NCBI GenBank assembly: GCA_951406725.2
Contig: OX597814.1
Coordinates: 20,708,001 to 20,772,000, forward strand
Direction of reading: 5' to 3'
DNA from: Octopus vulgaris
Lineage: Eukaryota
DNA: 64,000 nucleotides
The notes under the pieces were generated by a model, which ran no database searches, was not told where the DNA came from, and was given only the letters and a program-made list of their open reading frames with translations. The position numbers and the translations under genes were made by a program. This document shows positions 13,290-28,065 of the stretch, in pieces (position 1 is the first letter of the stretch; every line of letters begins with the position of its first letter).

Positions 13290-14050
13290 AAGTGAGACTA
13301 ATGTTCAGTTTGAATATCTGAAGGTTGTTAACTGAGGTGGAGAAGAATTATAGTTCTAGGGAGGAAGGATTAGGCAAGTCATTCAATAATAGCAGCTGGA
13401 ATCTGTGGATGAGCTGATTAAACAAACATAGAGGTAACAACAGGAAGGGAGACTGGTGGGTCAAATGAATCTGGGTGAAGGGTATATGCAGTTACCTAGT
13501 TTAAAAGAACATAGGCTGTGGTACAGCAAAAATTCTCAGCACCTGGGAGCAAGAACACTTTTGGCACCCCCACCCTAACAGGCATGATAAACCAGAGGGA
13601 ATTTTGTATGTCTTCACACTTGCATTTATCCCTATTTGTTATCCCTATGTGTGGAAGAGACAGAGTAAAGAAATTGCACATGTTAGAAGTCGCAGTTTGT
13701 TGATGTGTAAATATTTGCCAATCAGCTGAAGGCTCTTCTTTTGGATTGTGTGTGCAGCAACATCTCAGAGATGTGAGCAGTACTATCCAGAATTAACACT
13801 AACATAGCCAAAAACACTGTTAACAACTAGTTCTCTGTCAGTTTGTACCTTCTTTGTTGTCTGTATTGCATGGTACATACCAATGAGAAATCATCTAACT
13901 GGTTGCTCAGTCTGATAAAGAATAGCAGCCAAATCTTTTTTCAATCATACCTTACAGAAAAGGTAATCTGGAAATACACGGTTATCTTGGTTGGAATACC
14001 TTTGATCAAAGATCTCTCAATCAAAGTTGATCTGAATTTAAACAATAACA
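13290..14050 (-). mobile_element. Decayed L2/CR1-group LINE 3' fragment
   Basis: The minus strand encodes SFLPRT..NNLQIFK, resembling CR1/L2-group C-termini; many stops. Confidence 0.4.
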
Positions 14051-14149
14051 ATAAAATCATGTAGTTTGAGACCAAATTAAACATAGATGATCTGATCAAC
14101 ATCATCATTATTTTGGCATCCATTTTTCTCTTCTTTCCTGGGTTGCATA

Positions 14150-15480
14150 GGTCTTGTCCAGAACAGAATCTTATTATTTTTTGAATATCTTTGTCATCTC
14201 CTTTGTGAGGTTTAGTGTCTTGAAATCAGCTTTTCCACCTTTGCCAATGTCTTCATCAGTCAGCTTCTTCTACAACTACCTTCCACTTGAATATCTTGTT
14301 TCTTCTTTATTCAGCTGCCATTATTCATTTCTGTTGCATTCATTCTGTACCAGAACAGTCTTCTGCTTAGCTCACTGCAACTGATTCCTCTTCTATGCAG
14401 TTTTCTTATCAGCTTGTTTATACTTCATCACTAACATTACAAATCCACTAGAACATGCTTGCTTCATTTCTCTCCAGCTTTCACATGCCCTCTTCATTCA
14501 TTGCCCACGTTTCACTACCATGCAACATCACACTTCATATGAAAACTGTATATACTCTTCACTTGAAGAAAGTGTTCCTTTGTTCGCCAACAGATATAAC
14601 AGATTCCTTCTCTCTCTGGCTACTGTATTTTCAACAGTCCTGCTGCCATTGTTAATTAGACCAACTACATATAAAGGCCTTCTAAACAATATGAAGTAAT
14701 TTATTTCATAGATGTTCTTACTGCTAACTACTCATGTGCATTTAAGACTTACAAAGTCTTCCCTTTTGGTCAGCTTACTTGTGATCCTACTATATTTCAT
14801 GTGCAGCCATAATTAACACTAGACACACCACAGGGAATTACTAACTATTCTTTTTTTACATATCTTTTTCAACTCTCTTTTTTCATGTTATATTTACTTA
14901 TGTTTATGAGGCTTTTTTCTTATTAACTTTGCTTCCATACCTGCAATTTCTTCTCTAAATCTCCAATAGAACTAGCTATGAGAACTAGATCACTGGCTTA
15001 CAGGAAATTTCATGGTCAGTTTTAAATTTCTGGAGAACTACAATAAATAGAAGAAGGCTGACAATCAAGCCTTGACAGACCTGAACATGAAATTCCTCAT
15101 TGAATTTAATCCTAGCTCTCATATTGCTGACTGCATTTTTGTATGTGGTTTGCAAAGCTGTCTCAAGCCAGTCATCTATACCTTGCTTTCTTAAAGACTA
15201 TCAGGTCACCAGCATGGTACTCTGTCAAAGACCTTCTCCAGATCAACAAATGCTTGGTATAGTGGCTTACTCTCAGCTAAGAACTTCTCTTGTAGTTGTT
15301 TTGCTGAGTAGAGATCATCAGTGATGTCTCATATTGGCACAGATCCAAATTGCATCTCTACTAAGCTAAAATCCTGCAAATTAGTCTAGCAAAAGCTCTT
15401 CCTGTTACTTTCATTAGTTTGATAGCTCTATAGTTTCTTCTTTATAGAGCATCTCTTTTGCCCCTGTGGCAAGTGACGAT
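14150..15480 (-). mobile_element. Decayed RTE LINE remnant
   Basis: Fragmented RT-like reading frames in the style of the other RTE pieces in this window. Confidence 0.45.
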
Positions 15481-16129
15481 GAAACTTCAGTGAGTAAACC
15501 CACTTGCACTACTGTCTAGATTGCTCCTTACTTCACCAGATATGTCTGTCAATAGTAAATGCTTTTGAAAATAATTCGCACCTCTACGCACTGGATTCCA
15601 CACCTGAAATTTTTGGAGTTGCAAAATTCAATATTGCACCCCATATTTACCTTTCCCAGGCTTAGAAAATAAGAACAAAGAACTAAGATATATAAAAAGA
15701 AAACACCCAAAATTCCTAGAAAGATATATTACTGAACTAAAGCATCCTCAACATTAAAGGTGTGGCTTTGTGGTAAGAAGCTTACTTCCCAACCACATGG
15801 TTCTGGGTTTAATCCCACTGCGTGGCACTCTGAGCAAGTGTCTTCTATAGCCTCGGAACAACCAAAGCCTTGTGAGTGGATTTGGTAGATGGAAACTGAA
15901 AGAAGGCCACCGTGTATATATATATATATGTGTGTGTGTGTGTATGTTTGTTTATATATATATGTATATATTTATGTGTCTTTGTTTGTCCCCACCCACC
16001 CACCATCACTTGACAATCGATGCTGGTGAGTTTACATCCCCATAACTTAGCAGTTAAATAAAAGAGACCAATAGAATAAGTACTAAGCTTACAAAGAATA
16101 AGTCCTAGGGTCGATTTCTGGAGTAAGTG

Positions 16130-16385
16130 TAACAAGAACACACACAAAAATGAAAAGTGTTGCTGAAGAGGTCACAGATGTGTGATGAAAGATTCCTGGA
16201 CAATAGACATGAGTTAAACTAATAAAATAAGAACAGTAATAAACAAATGAAGAATAGAAATATATAGTGCATGTGTTTATTTGGCAAAAAAAAACAAAAA
16301 AAACGACCATCTCGAAATACAACAATATCTGTTTCAGCACACGATTTCACATTAGGAATCTTGCAAAATGAATTGATAAACGTGT
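16130..16385. mobile_element. Truncated non-autonomous TIR element (same family as 33905-34180)
   Basis: Shares the body GAGGTCACAGATGTGTGATGAAAGATT with 34030. Its right end is the inverse of the left end of the 33905 copy. Confidence 0.6.
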
Positions 16386-16386
16386 A

Positions 16387-16438
<52 letters not shown>

Positions 16439-16449
16439 TATAGATATAG

Positions 16450-16870
16450 ATTTAGGGATATTCTTACCGAGAAACTTGATGATAGGGAGGAGGACATACA
16501 GTCCTGGGACATAGAAGGCAGCTGGGAATTCCTGCAAGACAGCTTGCTGAGCACCACAGGCCAAATCTGTGGCTGATGCAAAGTCCCTACCAGACTTAGG
16601 TAACATGGTAGTGGAACAATACTATAGACCAGGCCATTGGAGCAAAGAAACAGGCCTGGAAGAGTCGGGGTAGCAAGGAGAATGTATCAGATAACCAAAA
16701 GGGAAGTTAGGAGATAGGTATATATAGCCAAGGGAGTAGCAGAAAAAAGTTTGCCAATGTTCAGTGACGTGAGGACCAAAGAACTGAAGTATTTTGGATT
16801 GCAAGACACTGTGTAAAAGAAAACCGTGATGTCATAGGAGAGAAATGTGTCCAATGGATGATGGTGCCCT
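16450..16870 (+). mobile_element. RTE LINE internal fragment
   Basis: DIEGSWEFLQDSLLSTTGQICG followed by a TW*WN-like motif, typical of the RTE linker between endonuclease and RT. Confidence 0.65.
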
Positions 16871-18354
16871 TCCTAACATCCCCTCTCAGTGGCATGGACT
16901 TAGTGCTTTTTACATGGTACAAGCACAAGCGAAGTCAGTTTTGGCAAGGTTTTTACAGCTGGATGCCCTTACAAATGCCAGTCATTTTACAGTGCGGATT
17001 GGGTGCCTTTAAGTGGCACCTGCACTGACAGGGTCACCAAGTACTTGCAAGACAAAAAAATTCTCTTTTGAGAGGAGGTGATCTTGTGTTGGATTATAGT
17101 GGGACAGAGAGACAGAAACAAGTGTCTTACAGTAAAGGAGGTACAAGGTTAGCCAGCCGGAGAGAGAGAGAGAGAGAGAGAGAGAGATCAGGAATGGAGA
17201 CAGAAAGAGGTGCACTGCTGCAAAGGAACTACATGGTTACCCAACCTGAGGGAAGTGTAGGAGAAGGAGCAGAAGAATGGGAAACAGCAGGATAGAGATG
17301 GTGGCAAGAGCCAGAGCATACCCTTGAGGGTTGAACATCATAATAAAAGTGTAGGATATTATGAAGGAAGCATGATTAAAGAATTTGGAGGGGAGTGAGT
17401 GGCAAAAACCTGGGTATATATAGAGTCGGGGGGCTACCGGATAGCAATGTTACAGAGGGACAGGGCCATGAGGACAGGATTGGGAGTGAGAGCTATGCAT
17501 AGTGTATGAAGGAGGAAATGTGAGGAAGAGAAGAGATGTAGATTGATTTGTTAGGGGTATGGTATGTGAAAAATTTTTTTGTTACGTCTGGTTGGAACAC
17601 ACAGGCTGGAGGCAAGCAAATAGCAATGATACAGTGAGACAGGGTGTGTGGGAAGAACACACAGGTTGGGGACTATTGGAGAACAATGATACAGTGGCAC
17701 AAGGGCCAAGCGGACAGTATTGGAGAGTGGGAGGTAAGCAAAAGAGATTAAAATACATATTTCCTGGTACATATTTTGTACACTACGGAAATCACTCTCT
17801 GGACCCTGTCCTCCAAGAAGTTGGATCTATGGTTGCCATGGACATCGATGCATTGAACTTTGTTCACCAAATCACCATTCTTCTGAAAGCACTATGGAAC
17901 AGCCTTTGTGATAAAAATGTCATCCTGTTGCAAGCCTGTGTCTGTTGCATCAAGCGAAAGAATGTTCAACACACTTTGTTGTTTGAAGACCTGACTCTGT
18001 ACCACAATAACACAACATTGTCTAATACACTATGCTGTAATGTATGTACATAAAATCTTGTGCAAGGAAAACACTTTGGACATCCTCTTGGAAAACTTCA
18101 TCACCAAAAAAAGTGAGTATAGAATAAAATTTGGAGTGATTTGAAACATTACTTTTCCTTGTACAATAATAAAAAAAATTATTATACTTGTGTTTGATTT
18201 GGTATTAAGATTGACAAAATCTTGGCCTTGCTTGTATAAACATTTTGGAACTGAGTTTGCACCCACTAAGCAAATTCCATTCCCAGGCCACTGTCCACAC
18301 TGTTTGCACCAGTAAGGTCAATAGGAAAAAGAAATGCAGCAGCTGTCTTAAATA

Positions 18355-18950
18355 GAGACCATGAAGCATGACCTTTGAACTTTAGGTCTCACCGAGGAAA
18401 TGACTAGAGACCAAGACCTTTGGAAGTATGCTGTGCGTGAGAAGACCCGGCAGGACAAGTGAGACCATAATCCATGGCCTCAGTCCACTTATGTATACCT
18501 TTCCTTACACAAAATTCTACTTGTGAAGACCTGTTGAGGCAAGTGAAAATCAAAATCAAAATCAAAATCGATCAACATCAATGGAAATAGTAGCTGTGAT
18601 ACCAGTACCAGTGGCACATAAGAGAACCATCTGAACGTGGCCGTTTCCAGCGCCGCCCCAACTGGCATGTAAAAAGCACCATCTGATCGTGGCGTGGCCA
18701 TTGCCAGCTTCGCGTGGCCTCCGTGCCGGTGGCATGTGAAAAGCACCATCCGATCGTGGCTGTTTGCCAGCCTCATCTGGCACGTAAAAAGCACCCACTA
18801 CACTCATGGAGTGGTTGGCGTTAGGAAGGGCATCCAGCTGTAGAAACATTGCCAGATCAGACTAGGCCTGGTGCAGCCTTCTGGCTTCTCAGACCCCAGT
18901 TGCACCATCCAACCCACACCAGCATGGAAACGATGATGATGATGATGATG
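18355..18950 (+). mobile_element. RTE 3' end with tandem UTR units
   Basis: TEEMTRDQDLWKYAVREKTR followed by tandem AAAGCACCAT units and a (GAT)n tail. Confidence 0.75.
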
Positions 18951-19865
18951 TTGAGATGGTGTTCTGCCATCAATCTGTAAAGCATGGTTTCTGAGACAAT
19001 GGGTTCTGCAAAACTCAGTCCTCCTATGTGTATCAGCTGTTACTAGTTCTTTGGTGATTTTAGAGAAGTTAACCTGTGATGTACCAGCATTTTAAAAGTT
19101 ATATGTAGGTAACTATAATGCAACATTGTTAATTTTTTTTTAAAAATGTGTTTATGCTTACTGTATTCAGGATTTAAAAAACCCATTTACTGTTGTTATG
19201 AAATAATGATTATTCAAGTAACCAATATCCATAAAGTGTTGCTAAGGCAATGACCACACCCACACGTATGCATGTACATACATGCACATTTACACACAAA
19301 CACACACACACACACACAGATGTATTAAGTGGTGACCAACAGGACAGATTCGATATTCATGTATAGAACATGCCTTTTTTACCTATGTGCCTCTCTTTCC
19401 ACTACCTAACCCCCACCCCCAATACCACCACCACATCTTGTATTTTATACTCTTCAATTAATCAGTCAGTTGTTACAAACACATACACATACAGAGACAC
19501 ATATGCAGATTGAGGAAAGTAATGCAGTTGCACAATATAGATTTCCAAGAAGACGGAACACAAACTTACCACAAATTTATGTAGGGTTTTCGCAGTAATT
19601 TCTGCTTGAGTAATTAATAAGTACATAGATTTGATCATTATCGTTTTAATCTCCCCTTTTCCTTGCTTGCATGAGTTGGACAGGATTTATTGAGGCCGAT
19701 TTTCTATGGCCAAATGTCTCCAGCCCTCAACTGTTTCCTAGCCAGGTTGTATTTCCCCATGGCCTGATATGTTTTAGCAGAATATTAAAAATGAATGGCA
19801 CTGCATGTATGACAGTGTTACTTACTTACTACTATTATTTGATGTTAAGACAAGGAGACACAAAG

Positions 19866-19913
<48 letters not shown>

Positions 19914-21195
19914 GATAAGCTTCTTTCAGTTTCCATCAATCAAACCCACTCACAAAACTTTGGTCAGCTCAGGGCTATAGTAGATGCTAAGTGCAGAACT
20001 GAACTCAAAACTGAGGTTGGGAAGCAAATTTCTTGACCACATACCCACACCTACACATATAAGAACATTAATTATGGGTATATATTCTGTTGAACTGGTG
20101 GTGTCTGGTAGCTTAAGCTAATATTACATAATTTTTAATTGCCTTCTGTTTAGGCAACAATAAATGTGAATTGGTTGTTAAAAATAATGTATAATATTGG
20201 TGTTATATGGTTTAGTGACTTTCCTAATGTATGCATAGTGAAGATGAATGTTTTAGGAAATAATAATTTTTTTAAAATCAATAAATTACATTTTATTTAC
20301 ATCCCCAGTGGATAAATGGTAAAATACCAACAATAATTCAAGTGCTAATATGCAAAACCTGAGTGATATGAATGGAAGAGGCATTACATAACTTGAGCCT
20401 ATAGAAAATTTATCTGCAAAACCAACATCAAAACAACAAGATGAGCAAAGAAAATAAAATATTACAGGACTTTTATTTGGACTGGTGATAAAACTGAACT
20501 GTTGGTTGAATATGGAAAGGTTTCAGCCTTAAATCTAACTAAAGTGGCATTTAGAAACAACACATTTGAAGGTTTATAAAAAAATTAAGTGAAGAATATT
20601 TTAAAAAGAGATTGTTTGGAATTAAATCAAAAGAAGTATACATTTTTGTCATCATCATCATCATTAAATGTCAGTCTTCCAGGTTGGCTTGAGATGGATG
20701 ATTCCAGGAACCAATGAGCTGAAAGACTGTGGCTTTGGCATACTTTCAATTGCTGGATAATCTTCCTAACACCAACTTTTTTACAGAGTATACTTGGTGC
20801 TTTTTTTATGTGGCACTGGTCACAAGTAACTCACATGACAAAAGGGCTCCCCTCAACTGAGCAGTGTGTAGTAGAGAGAGAGGTAGCTTAAGACCAGGTT
20901 TGAGAGATTAAAGTAACTCAGGGACAGGAATAGCTGTCTTGCTATATATGGCTACCCTACATATATAAGGTTTGGAATAGCTAAAAAAGAGATAAAGATA
21001 TTAGCAACAAGGCATCAGGGTGTAGCCTCAAGGCACAAGAAAGTAAGTAAAAAAGGTACAGGGACAGGATCAGGAAGGGTGGGTTGGTAAGTTTGCAAGA
21101 GTTTGAGAAGAGAATGACAGATGATTAGATGGGAATAGAAGTCAATGTAGTGAATGATGAACAAAGGTGAAGGTGTAGTCAATGTTTTGCTTGCT

Positions 21196-21932
21196 GGATC
21201 TTTTCAGTTTGAACAGCAGTTTTTAAAAATAATTTCTATGTAACTATAAACACTTTTAAACTTCGTACACTGGTAGAATATGTTTATAAAACATCTTTTT
21301 CTCTTGACTTTCTTGAGAAAATTCTGTAATTTGTAAGATATTTTCTTTAATTTTGGTAATTTCAACCAATCAATGACGTCTATTGAGGTGGAAACATTAT
21401 CTGCTGTAAAATTTTCTGGCGGTGAAATATGAAAATGTCCCTCGTTTAAGAAACAGATTGGGTTTATTTACATTTCTGAAGAAAAAAAGATACCCTTCCC
21501 CCCACCCCTAACCCTAACCCAACCCCTAACCCTAAAACAGATTGAAATGCAATAGATCGATACTAGGGTCATAATTATGGGTGGACACTAAAGAGAGAAT
21601 GGTTTTGTTATCCAGCTCTGTTTACGAGTGACCCCTCAGTTTATGGTCACAGGGTATCTTTTTTTTCATAAAAATCAGGGACATTTTCATATGACGCCGC
21701 CATAAAATGTTACGGCAAAAATCGTTTTCACCTCAATAGACGTCATTAATAGGTTGAAATTGCCAAAATGCAAGAAATTAAAGACCAAATATCTTACAAA
21801 CTATAGAATTCTCTCAAGAAAGCCAAGAGAAAAAGATGTTTTATAAACACATCCTACCAGTATACGAAGTTTAAAAGTGCTTAGTTACATAGAAATTATT
21901 TTAAAAAACTGCCGTTCAAACCGAAAAGATTC
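21196..21932. mobile_element. Foldback MITE with ~300-bp TIRs and 8-bp TSD (Merlin- or hAT-type)
   Basis: GGATCTTTTCAGTTTGAACAGCAG ... CTGCCGTTCAAACCGAAAAGATTC. TGCTTGCT is duplicated at 21188-21195 and 21933-21940. The core contains (CCCTAA)-like repeats. Confidence 0.85.
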
Positions 21933-23939
21933 TGCTTGCTTTATATTGCATTGTTTATCAGCTAGAAAAAAACAGGTGAAACACTTAAATTTCAGAAAAC
22001 GTAATAAAGCCCTGTATAAAAGATGATCAAATGTAAAATTTTTGCAAAACTGAAGTAATAAGAAAGGTTGAAATAAACTAAACATTCTCTCTTCAAATAG
22101 ATAATTTAAAAGGCAATGGTTTAGTATATTTGCTTGAATTTGTAGACTATATTTATAAAAGTAGCATTGAAGAAGGCCTGTTAATCTGCGAGCCTTTGGA
22201 GGGAAAGCATTAATTTAATGTATTCATTTATTGAAAACAATGAAAACTTATAGTAAACTTTATTCAAATATTTGCAATGATGGAACTGAAATGATGGTTA
22301 TGTAGCAAAAATAAAAGACTTAAATCAGAATTGTAAACGTATCTACAGCTGTTTCATGATCAAGCACAAGCAATAAAATGTATGCTTCAAGATCTGAGAT
22401 TAGTAGTAAATGATGCTGTAAAGTTGGTCAATTATATTACATTAAGACTACTAAATGCAATAATCTTCAATTCATTGTGAAAATATGGCAGGTTTGCATG
22501 TGACTTTATTATTACCCTTATGTGTCTCTGACGTTGTCCCTGGCACAGTACATCTTTCATACACCACCCACACTCCACATCACCTGTGCTGCTTCCTGTT
22601 ACCTCCATCTTCTCACACTTACCATCTCCACCTGTGTTTGCCATTCACTGCATTTACCTTCTCTTTTCACACTCTTGTGATCTTGCCTACCCATTCACCC
22701 AGTCCAATCCTCAGGACCACTTCTGTTAAATTCATCTTGTAACTTGACACCTCTTCCCCATCTCTCTCTTTCTAGTTGGGGTTGTCATCTATTTCCTCTA
22801 CTATTTCTGTCTTTCCTCTACCTGTTTCTGTCTCTCCATCATACTTTAACTTCTCATTTCCCTCAATCTTATACGTCCCTCAGTTGAGGGTTCTTGTCTT
22901 GTAGGTTATTTGGTGACTTCACTAATATCGGTGCCTTGTAAAACAAACCCAGTACACTCTGCGAAAAGGTTGGTGCTAATGAGGACATCCATCAGTAGAA
23001 ACCATGCCAAAGCAGACAGTGGAACTTGGCGCAGTCTGCTGGCTCATCAGCTCTTGTCAAACTGTCCAACCCATATCAGCATGGAAAATGGATGTAAAAT
23101 GATGATGAAAAGTGTGCTGGTTGAAATAATAATTTTCAAATTGCATAAAGAAGTTGGTTATGTTTCTGCCTGAACATCTTTTTGAACTTTTGAGCCAAAC
23201 TAAAAGTTATGTATGGGATGAAAAGCTGACACAGTTTTCTGATATCAAGTTGAATAAGGTTAATCTTACAGTGTTATGGTTCTAATTGATATTTCAAAGT
23301 CCAAAGTAAAATTAAATCACTTAAATGTAAACCAAGACATTGAGGTGTCAAGTGTTTGAGACTGTGAAGCAAATTTTGTTTCATAGTATAAAACTGTCAA
23401 GTCAAAATATAGAGCTCAGTTTGGTAACATTTGTCTGATTGTGCGTAAATCAATAACACTATTTTTCTGCTGAAATTGAAAACCCATTTGTATATCTGTT
23501 AAAATTATGCAATGTATTACAAGAATAAAGTGAACAACAAATAGACATGCAACAGATTTTTCCTTTAAATAAAATTTCAGCAATTGGAACTGACAAAATT
23601 TTGGATTGCATTATTAATGGAGTACCCTTACGATAAGCACAAAAAAATTTAAAAGTATTAATGTGGTTTTTAATTACATATTTATGTGCAGGAACTTTTT
23701 CACCATGTCCAATAACATGCAAAAAAAAAAAAATTGAAACAAACTGAATATAGTGGTTGATTTACAGTTTCAAGTAACATCCATCATACCAATTATTATT
23801 TCTCTGAAACCAGGAACAAGCTTAACAGAGTCATTAATTTTTAATGTTTTAGTTCTGCAATTGAATTTTTCAAACCACTAAGATAAGAACAACGAATAAA
23901 TTATGCTAACACAATGTTATTTCAAATATCTTTTAGGCT

Positions 23940-24330
23940 CCTAAAATTTTAACCCAATCTAGTGGGGTTTCATGAGTACAAAAAATAGGAAAATCCTGGT
24001 GTAAAGGGGATTCTAGCAAAGAAAAGCCCCTAAAACCAGCATCTTGAAAATTGTAAGCTGCCTGTGAAAAGGCAGCATGAAATTCTTGATATAATCATAA
24101 ACAGAGAGCTGGTATAGGCAGAACATATGTCTTCCAATGTAACGAAGCTGTACAAAGGCCTAAGCACTACGCAAAAACTGCATATAAGCTGATCATGAAA
24201 GGAAAAGCCACTGTTTACAGAACACATATCCAAAGCATTATGAATAAATACTTCACATGATATAATAATCTGATCCACTACAGTCCAAAAGTAAGCTTCA
24301 ATGATTATTACAGCTTCTGATGTTCTGTGA
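23940..24330 (+). pseudogene. Possible decayed Tc1/mariner transposase
   Basis: EKPLFTEHISKAL resembles the Tc1 KKPLLT motif, followed by II*S (VIWSDE-like). Heavily disrupted. Confidence 0.3.
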
Positions 24331-26269
24331 TAAAGTTTGCTTTCAGCAGTTTAAATCCCAGGAAATAGATTTCTGAAGCAACAATACTCTGTAAAAGGCA
24401 CTCAAGCAATAACTTTCTTTTCCACTCTAGGCACAAGGCCCGAAATTTTGGGGGAGGGGGCCAGTCAATTAGATCAACCCTAATACGCAACTGGTACTTA
24501 ATTTATCGACCCCAAAAGGATGCAAAGCAAAGTCGACCTTGGCGGAATTTGAACTCAGAACATAAAGGCAGATGAAATACTGCTAAGCATTTCACCTGAT
24601 GTGCTAATGTTTCTGCCAGCTTGCTGTCTACTCAAGCAATAACTTTGAGCAATGTTGTTATTATAGTCTGAAAGATATCATTTATATCTGCATGTAGCTT
24701 CATCACAACTGATGCCAAGACTCACACTTTGGGGAAGAGCTTTCTATATTTATTTTGTTGTATCTTGAGAAGGTCATTATGCCAAAGATAAACACATGCA
24801 GTTGTCTATTTCACTTCTTTTATCATTATTAGTTAATTCATTTACATTTAACCAATTACCTGAGTGACTGTTTGATTAATCATTTACTCAATCAGGTGAG
24901 TCAAATTCCTTTCATTGCCATGTGCAACCTCATCAATGACATGCCCTCTCTTCTCCAAATCTGTGGTCTGCTTCAGACCTCTATATCTAACTATCAAATT
25001 ATGGAACAAACTTCCAGAAACTGCAATCAGAGATATCTCACTTAAAAAAAACTTTCAAAGGCTAAATACACCAACACCACTTGTTACTCTTACCATAGAA
25101 AATACAATGAACCTGTGATCAATCTTTTGGAACCCTATTTAGCACAAATCTCCAACAAAGCTATTATTCACAAATTCATACAATATAAGTAAAAAACATT
25201 AGCATCAGGGAATTATTAATATAAGAGTAAAATAACTTATTTAAACAGGTTTTTATCGCACAGAATTCTAGTAAGACTCTCTTTTAACTGTGTTATCAAT
25301 ATTTGTATTCAATAAAAGGAATTAAAGCCACTTAAGCTTATCATAATGCAAACACATACATCTTTTCTACTCTAGGCACAAGGCCCGAAATTTTTGTGGA
25401 GCAGGGGGCCAGTTGATTAGATTGACCCCAACACATGACTGGTACTTAATTTATCGACCCCGAAAGGATGAAAGGCAAAGTCAACCTCGGCGGAATTTGA
25501 ACTCAGAATGTAAAGACAGATGAAATGCTGTTATGCATTTTGCCCAGTGTGCTAACGTTTCTGCCAGCTCACCGCCTTGCTAACACATTCATCTGATAAA
25601 CAATAGGTATATATTTCATTTACCATAAGTATGTCTACTATCCTATTTCAATACTAAGTTGGTATTTGTAAATGGCTTTTGTTTATCTAAAACATTTAAT
25701 CATTAATTTCTAATTTCTCTATATTCTTGTCAATGTTAAATCAAAATGGAACATTTTGCTATGTTAGATGTTAGTGGGAGGAACCTAACTGCATCAACAT
25801 AAATTACTAATCTATTTTAATGAAACTGTCAAGTATGTTATAAAAGTAAAAGTTCAGTAAAAAAATATGCGGCCACTTGTACTTAGTTTGAAGGGAAGAA
25901 ATAGCAAACTGAGTGCTATAAAACTGATAGAGTGTTTAATTAGTAACCAAGGATATGAGGCTCAGTACTCTTCAGGGGCTGACATTTACAAATATATGAT
26001 ATTTATATTAAAACCTGAAATGTTAATTTATATGCATACATTAATAAACACATGCACACAATACATATATATGAAAAGATAAAATAAAACCATGAAAGCA
26101 AGATGGAAGACAAGACAAAATACATTAAAAGTTATAGTTATTAGCTTCATACTCAAAGAAATAGAGATAGTTTAACATTTCATTGGTAACCCCTTCATCT
26201 GATGACAGAACAAGAGAAGAGGGAGGGAAAACAAAAAGGAAAAGAAAACTTTTAAAGAAATATATACAG

Positions 26270-28030
26270 AGAAAGAGCTGAGTTTCTAATCTAGATATGA
26301 GGCTCCTTCATTGGAATTTCAACATCGACAAGGTATATTTGCATATAAGTATATGTGCAGATTTGAATGTTTTGTTTTATATATGTATTTTCATGCATAT
26401 AGTTGCATGTCTAGACATGTGCATATATATTTGAATGATAAACTTCTGGAAAGTTTTACAGATTTTTACAGTTCCATTGATGGCTTTGATCTGTAGTCTT
26501 CAGATCAGCTTTCTCCTTTCTGGTTTCGATAAGCCTTATTTCTCAAGATTGGTACTTAAGCAATGTGTTACATATCCCAGTGCTCCAAAAATTACAGATA
26601 TAAACCTGAACTTGTAATCTGGGTCAAATATTAGTAGATACCTAAATAGTTCAGCATAGGTATTTTCTTTTTCCTTAATCTTTAGCTTTATGTTAACATC
26701 CACTGGGCAGCTGATTTTCACAACTGTGCATAGTTTCTCTTTTCTGTCTCAAATCACCGAGTCAGATCTATTATGCTTTCATTTTATTGAGCTTTTCACT
26801 GAGACATTCCACCAGTACTCCTTCTTATGATAGACTATGGCTTCTGCAATACTGTGGGCTCTTATTTCTTTGTCCTCAGGGTTATCCTTCTGACAGATCT
26901 CTTTGTACAGTGCCTTAGCTACAACATAATGTCTCATTGGTAGATAATACCTTGACAACATTTTCAGACAACTGCTTATGATGTGGGTGATATCTTTAGT
27001 GTTAACTCCACAAAGTCAGCATCTGTTATCAGATTGTGATGCTTTACATGTGTCTCTGTCTCTTTTCTGCATCAGGTATTTTGTTGATATTTCCTGCTCC
27101 TGGGTTTCAAATGCATACCCTTCAAAGTAGGAGTTAGTAATCCAGTTATTGGTCCATGATAGACTGCTCTGATGACCAATGTTACTATCATCCCAGAGCT
27201 TTTTGCTTACATATCCATGCATGTTCTGTTGATATATGCTCATCATTTCATCTGATGATACATTGCAGTAGAGTCATGTAACTTCTTTGGGCATGGATTC
27301 AAGGAATGCTGCTCAAGGAGCTGCTTTCCAAGTCTCATGATGTTATCAGCTTTATGTATGCAAACTTTCTCAAGGGATGCACTTGGTAGTTAAAAGATGT
27401 TACTGAAGGTAAATGATATGACATTCAAAGGCAGTCTGGGTTGATATTAAGCTTCTGACCCTTGTTTTCTTTTCAGATAGAGGTGGTCTACTTCGCTGTT
27501 GATGTGGAAATTTTGTGTGCCGGTTAGTATCTTCCGGGTTTTCACATCAATAGCTTGGATCTCATAAAGCATCCAATCATGTAGCCCAAATATTGGTATG
27601 AATACTGGTGCTGCAAATACATTGTGATTCACTGCTTTATTGAATGCAGAGAGTTCCAAGGTCCATATATTCTTTATACGGCTATAATATGCTTTAGTGA
27701 TCTTGTTACAGGTGCTATCATAAGATATGTTTTCATCCACTCCTAGGTCTCTGTAACATTCCTCATCAGATATAGGGGAAATAATTAAGTCATTGATGGA
27801 TATGCTGTTTGTCTGGTTAACGTTTTCCCTCTTTTCACTATAATATATTGCAACATTTATCTTGACCAAGTTGTAAACCACATCATTTGAGAATGTTGTA
27901 ACCAGGTCAAGGCTCTTTTTCATCTCATGTATATTCTTGGAATATAGTTTCAAGTCATCCACAAAGAAACTGTAATTTTGGTATTTCTGTTTCCTTGTGA
28001 ACCAGTGTGATACCCTTCAGACTCTCTTAA
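26270..28030 (-). mobile_element. 5'-truncated R4/Dong-like RLE non-LTR retrotransposon (disrupted RT, CCHC and restriction-like endonuclease)
   Basis: FVDDLKLY RT core, thumb region, C..C..HIISSC zinc knuckle, RHYVVAK, and KISCPVDVN..KEKENTY RLE motifs; frameshifts present. Confidence 0.85.
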
Positions 28031-28065
28031 CATGTATGTATGTATGTATGTATGTATGTATGTAT

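Noticed and set aside
26275-26320. Hammerhead in the R4-like 3' UTR
   Set aside because: GAAA is present, but there is no CUGANGA or stem I in either element copy.
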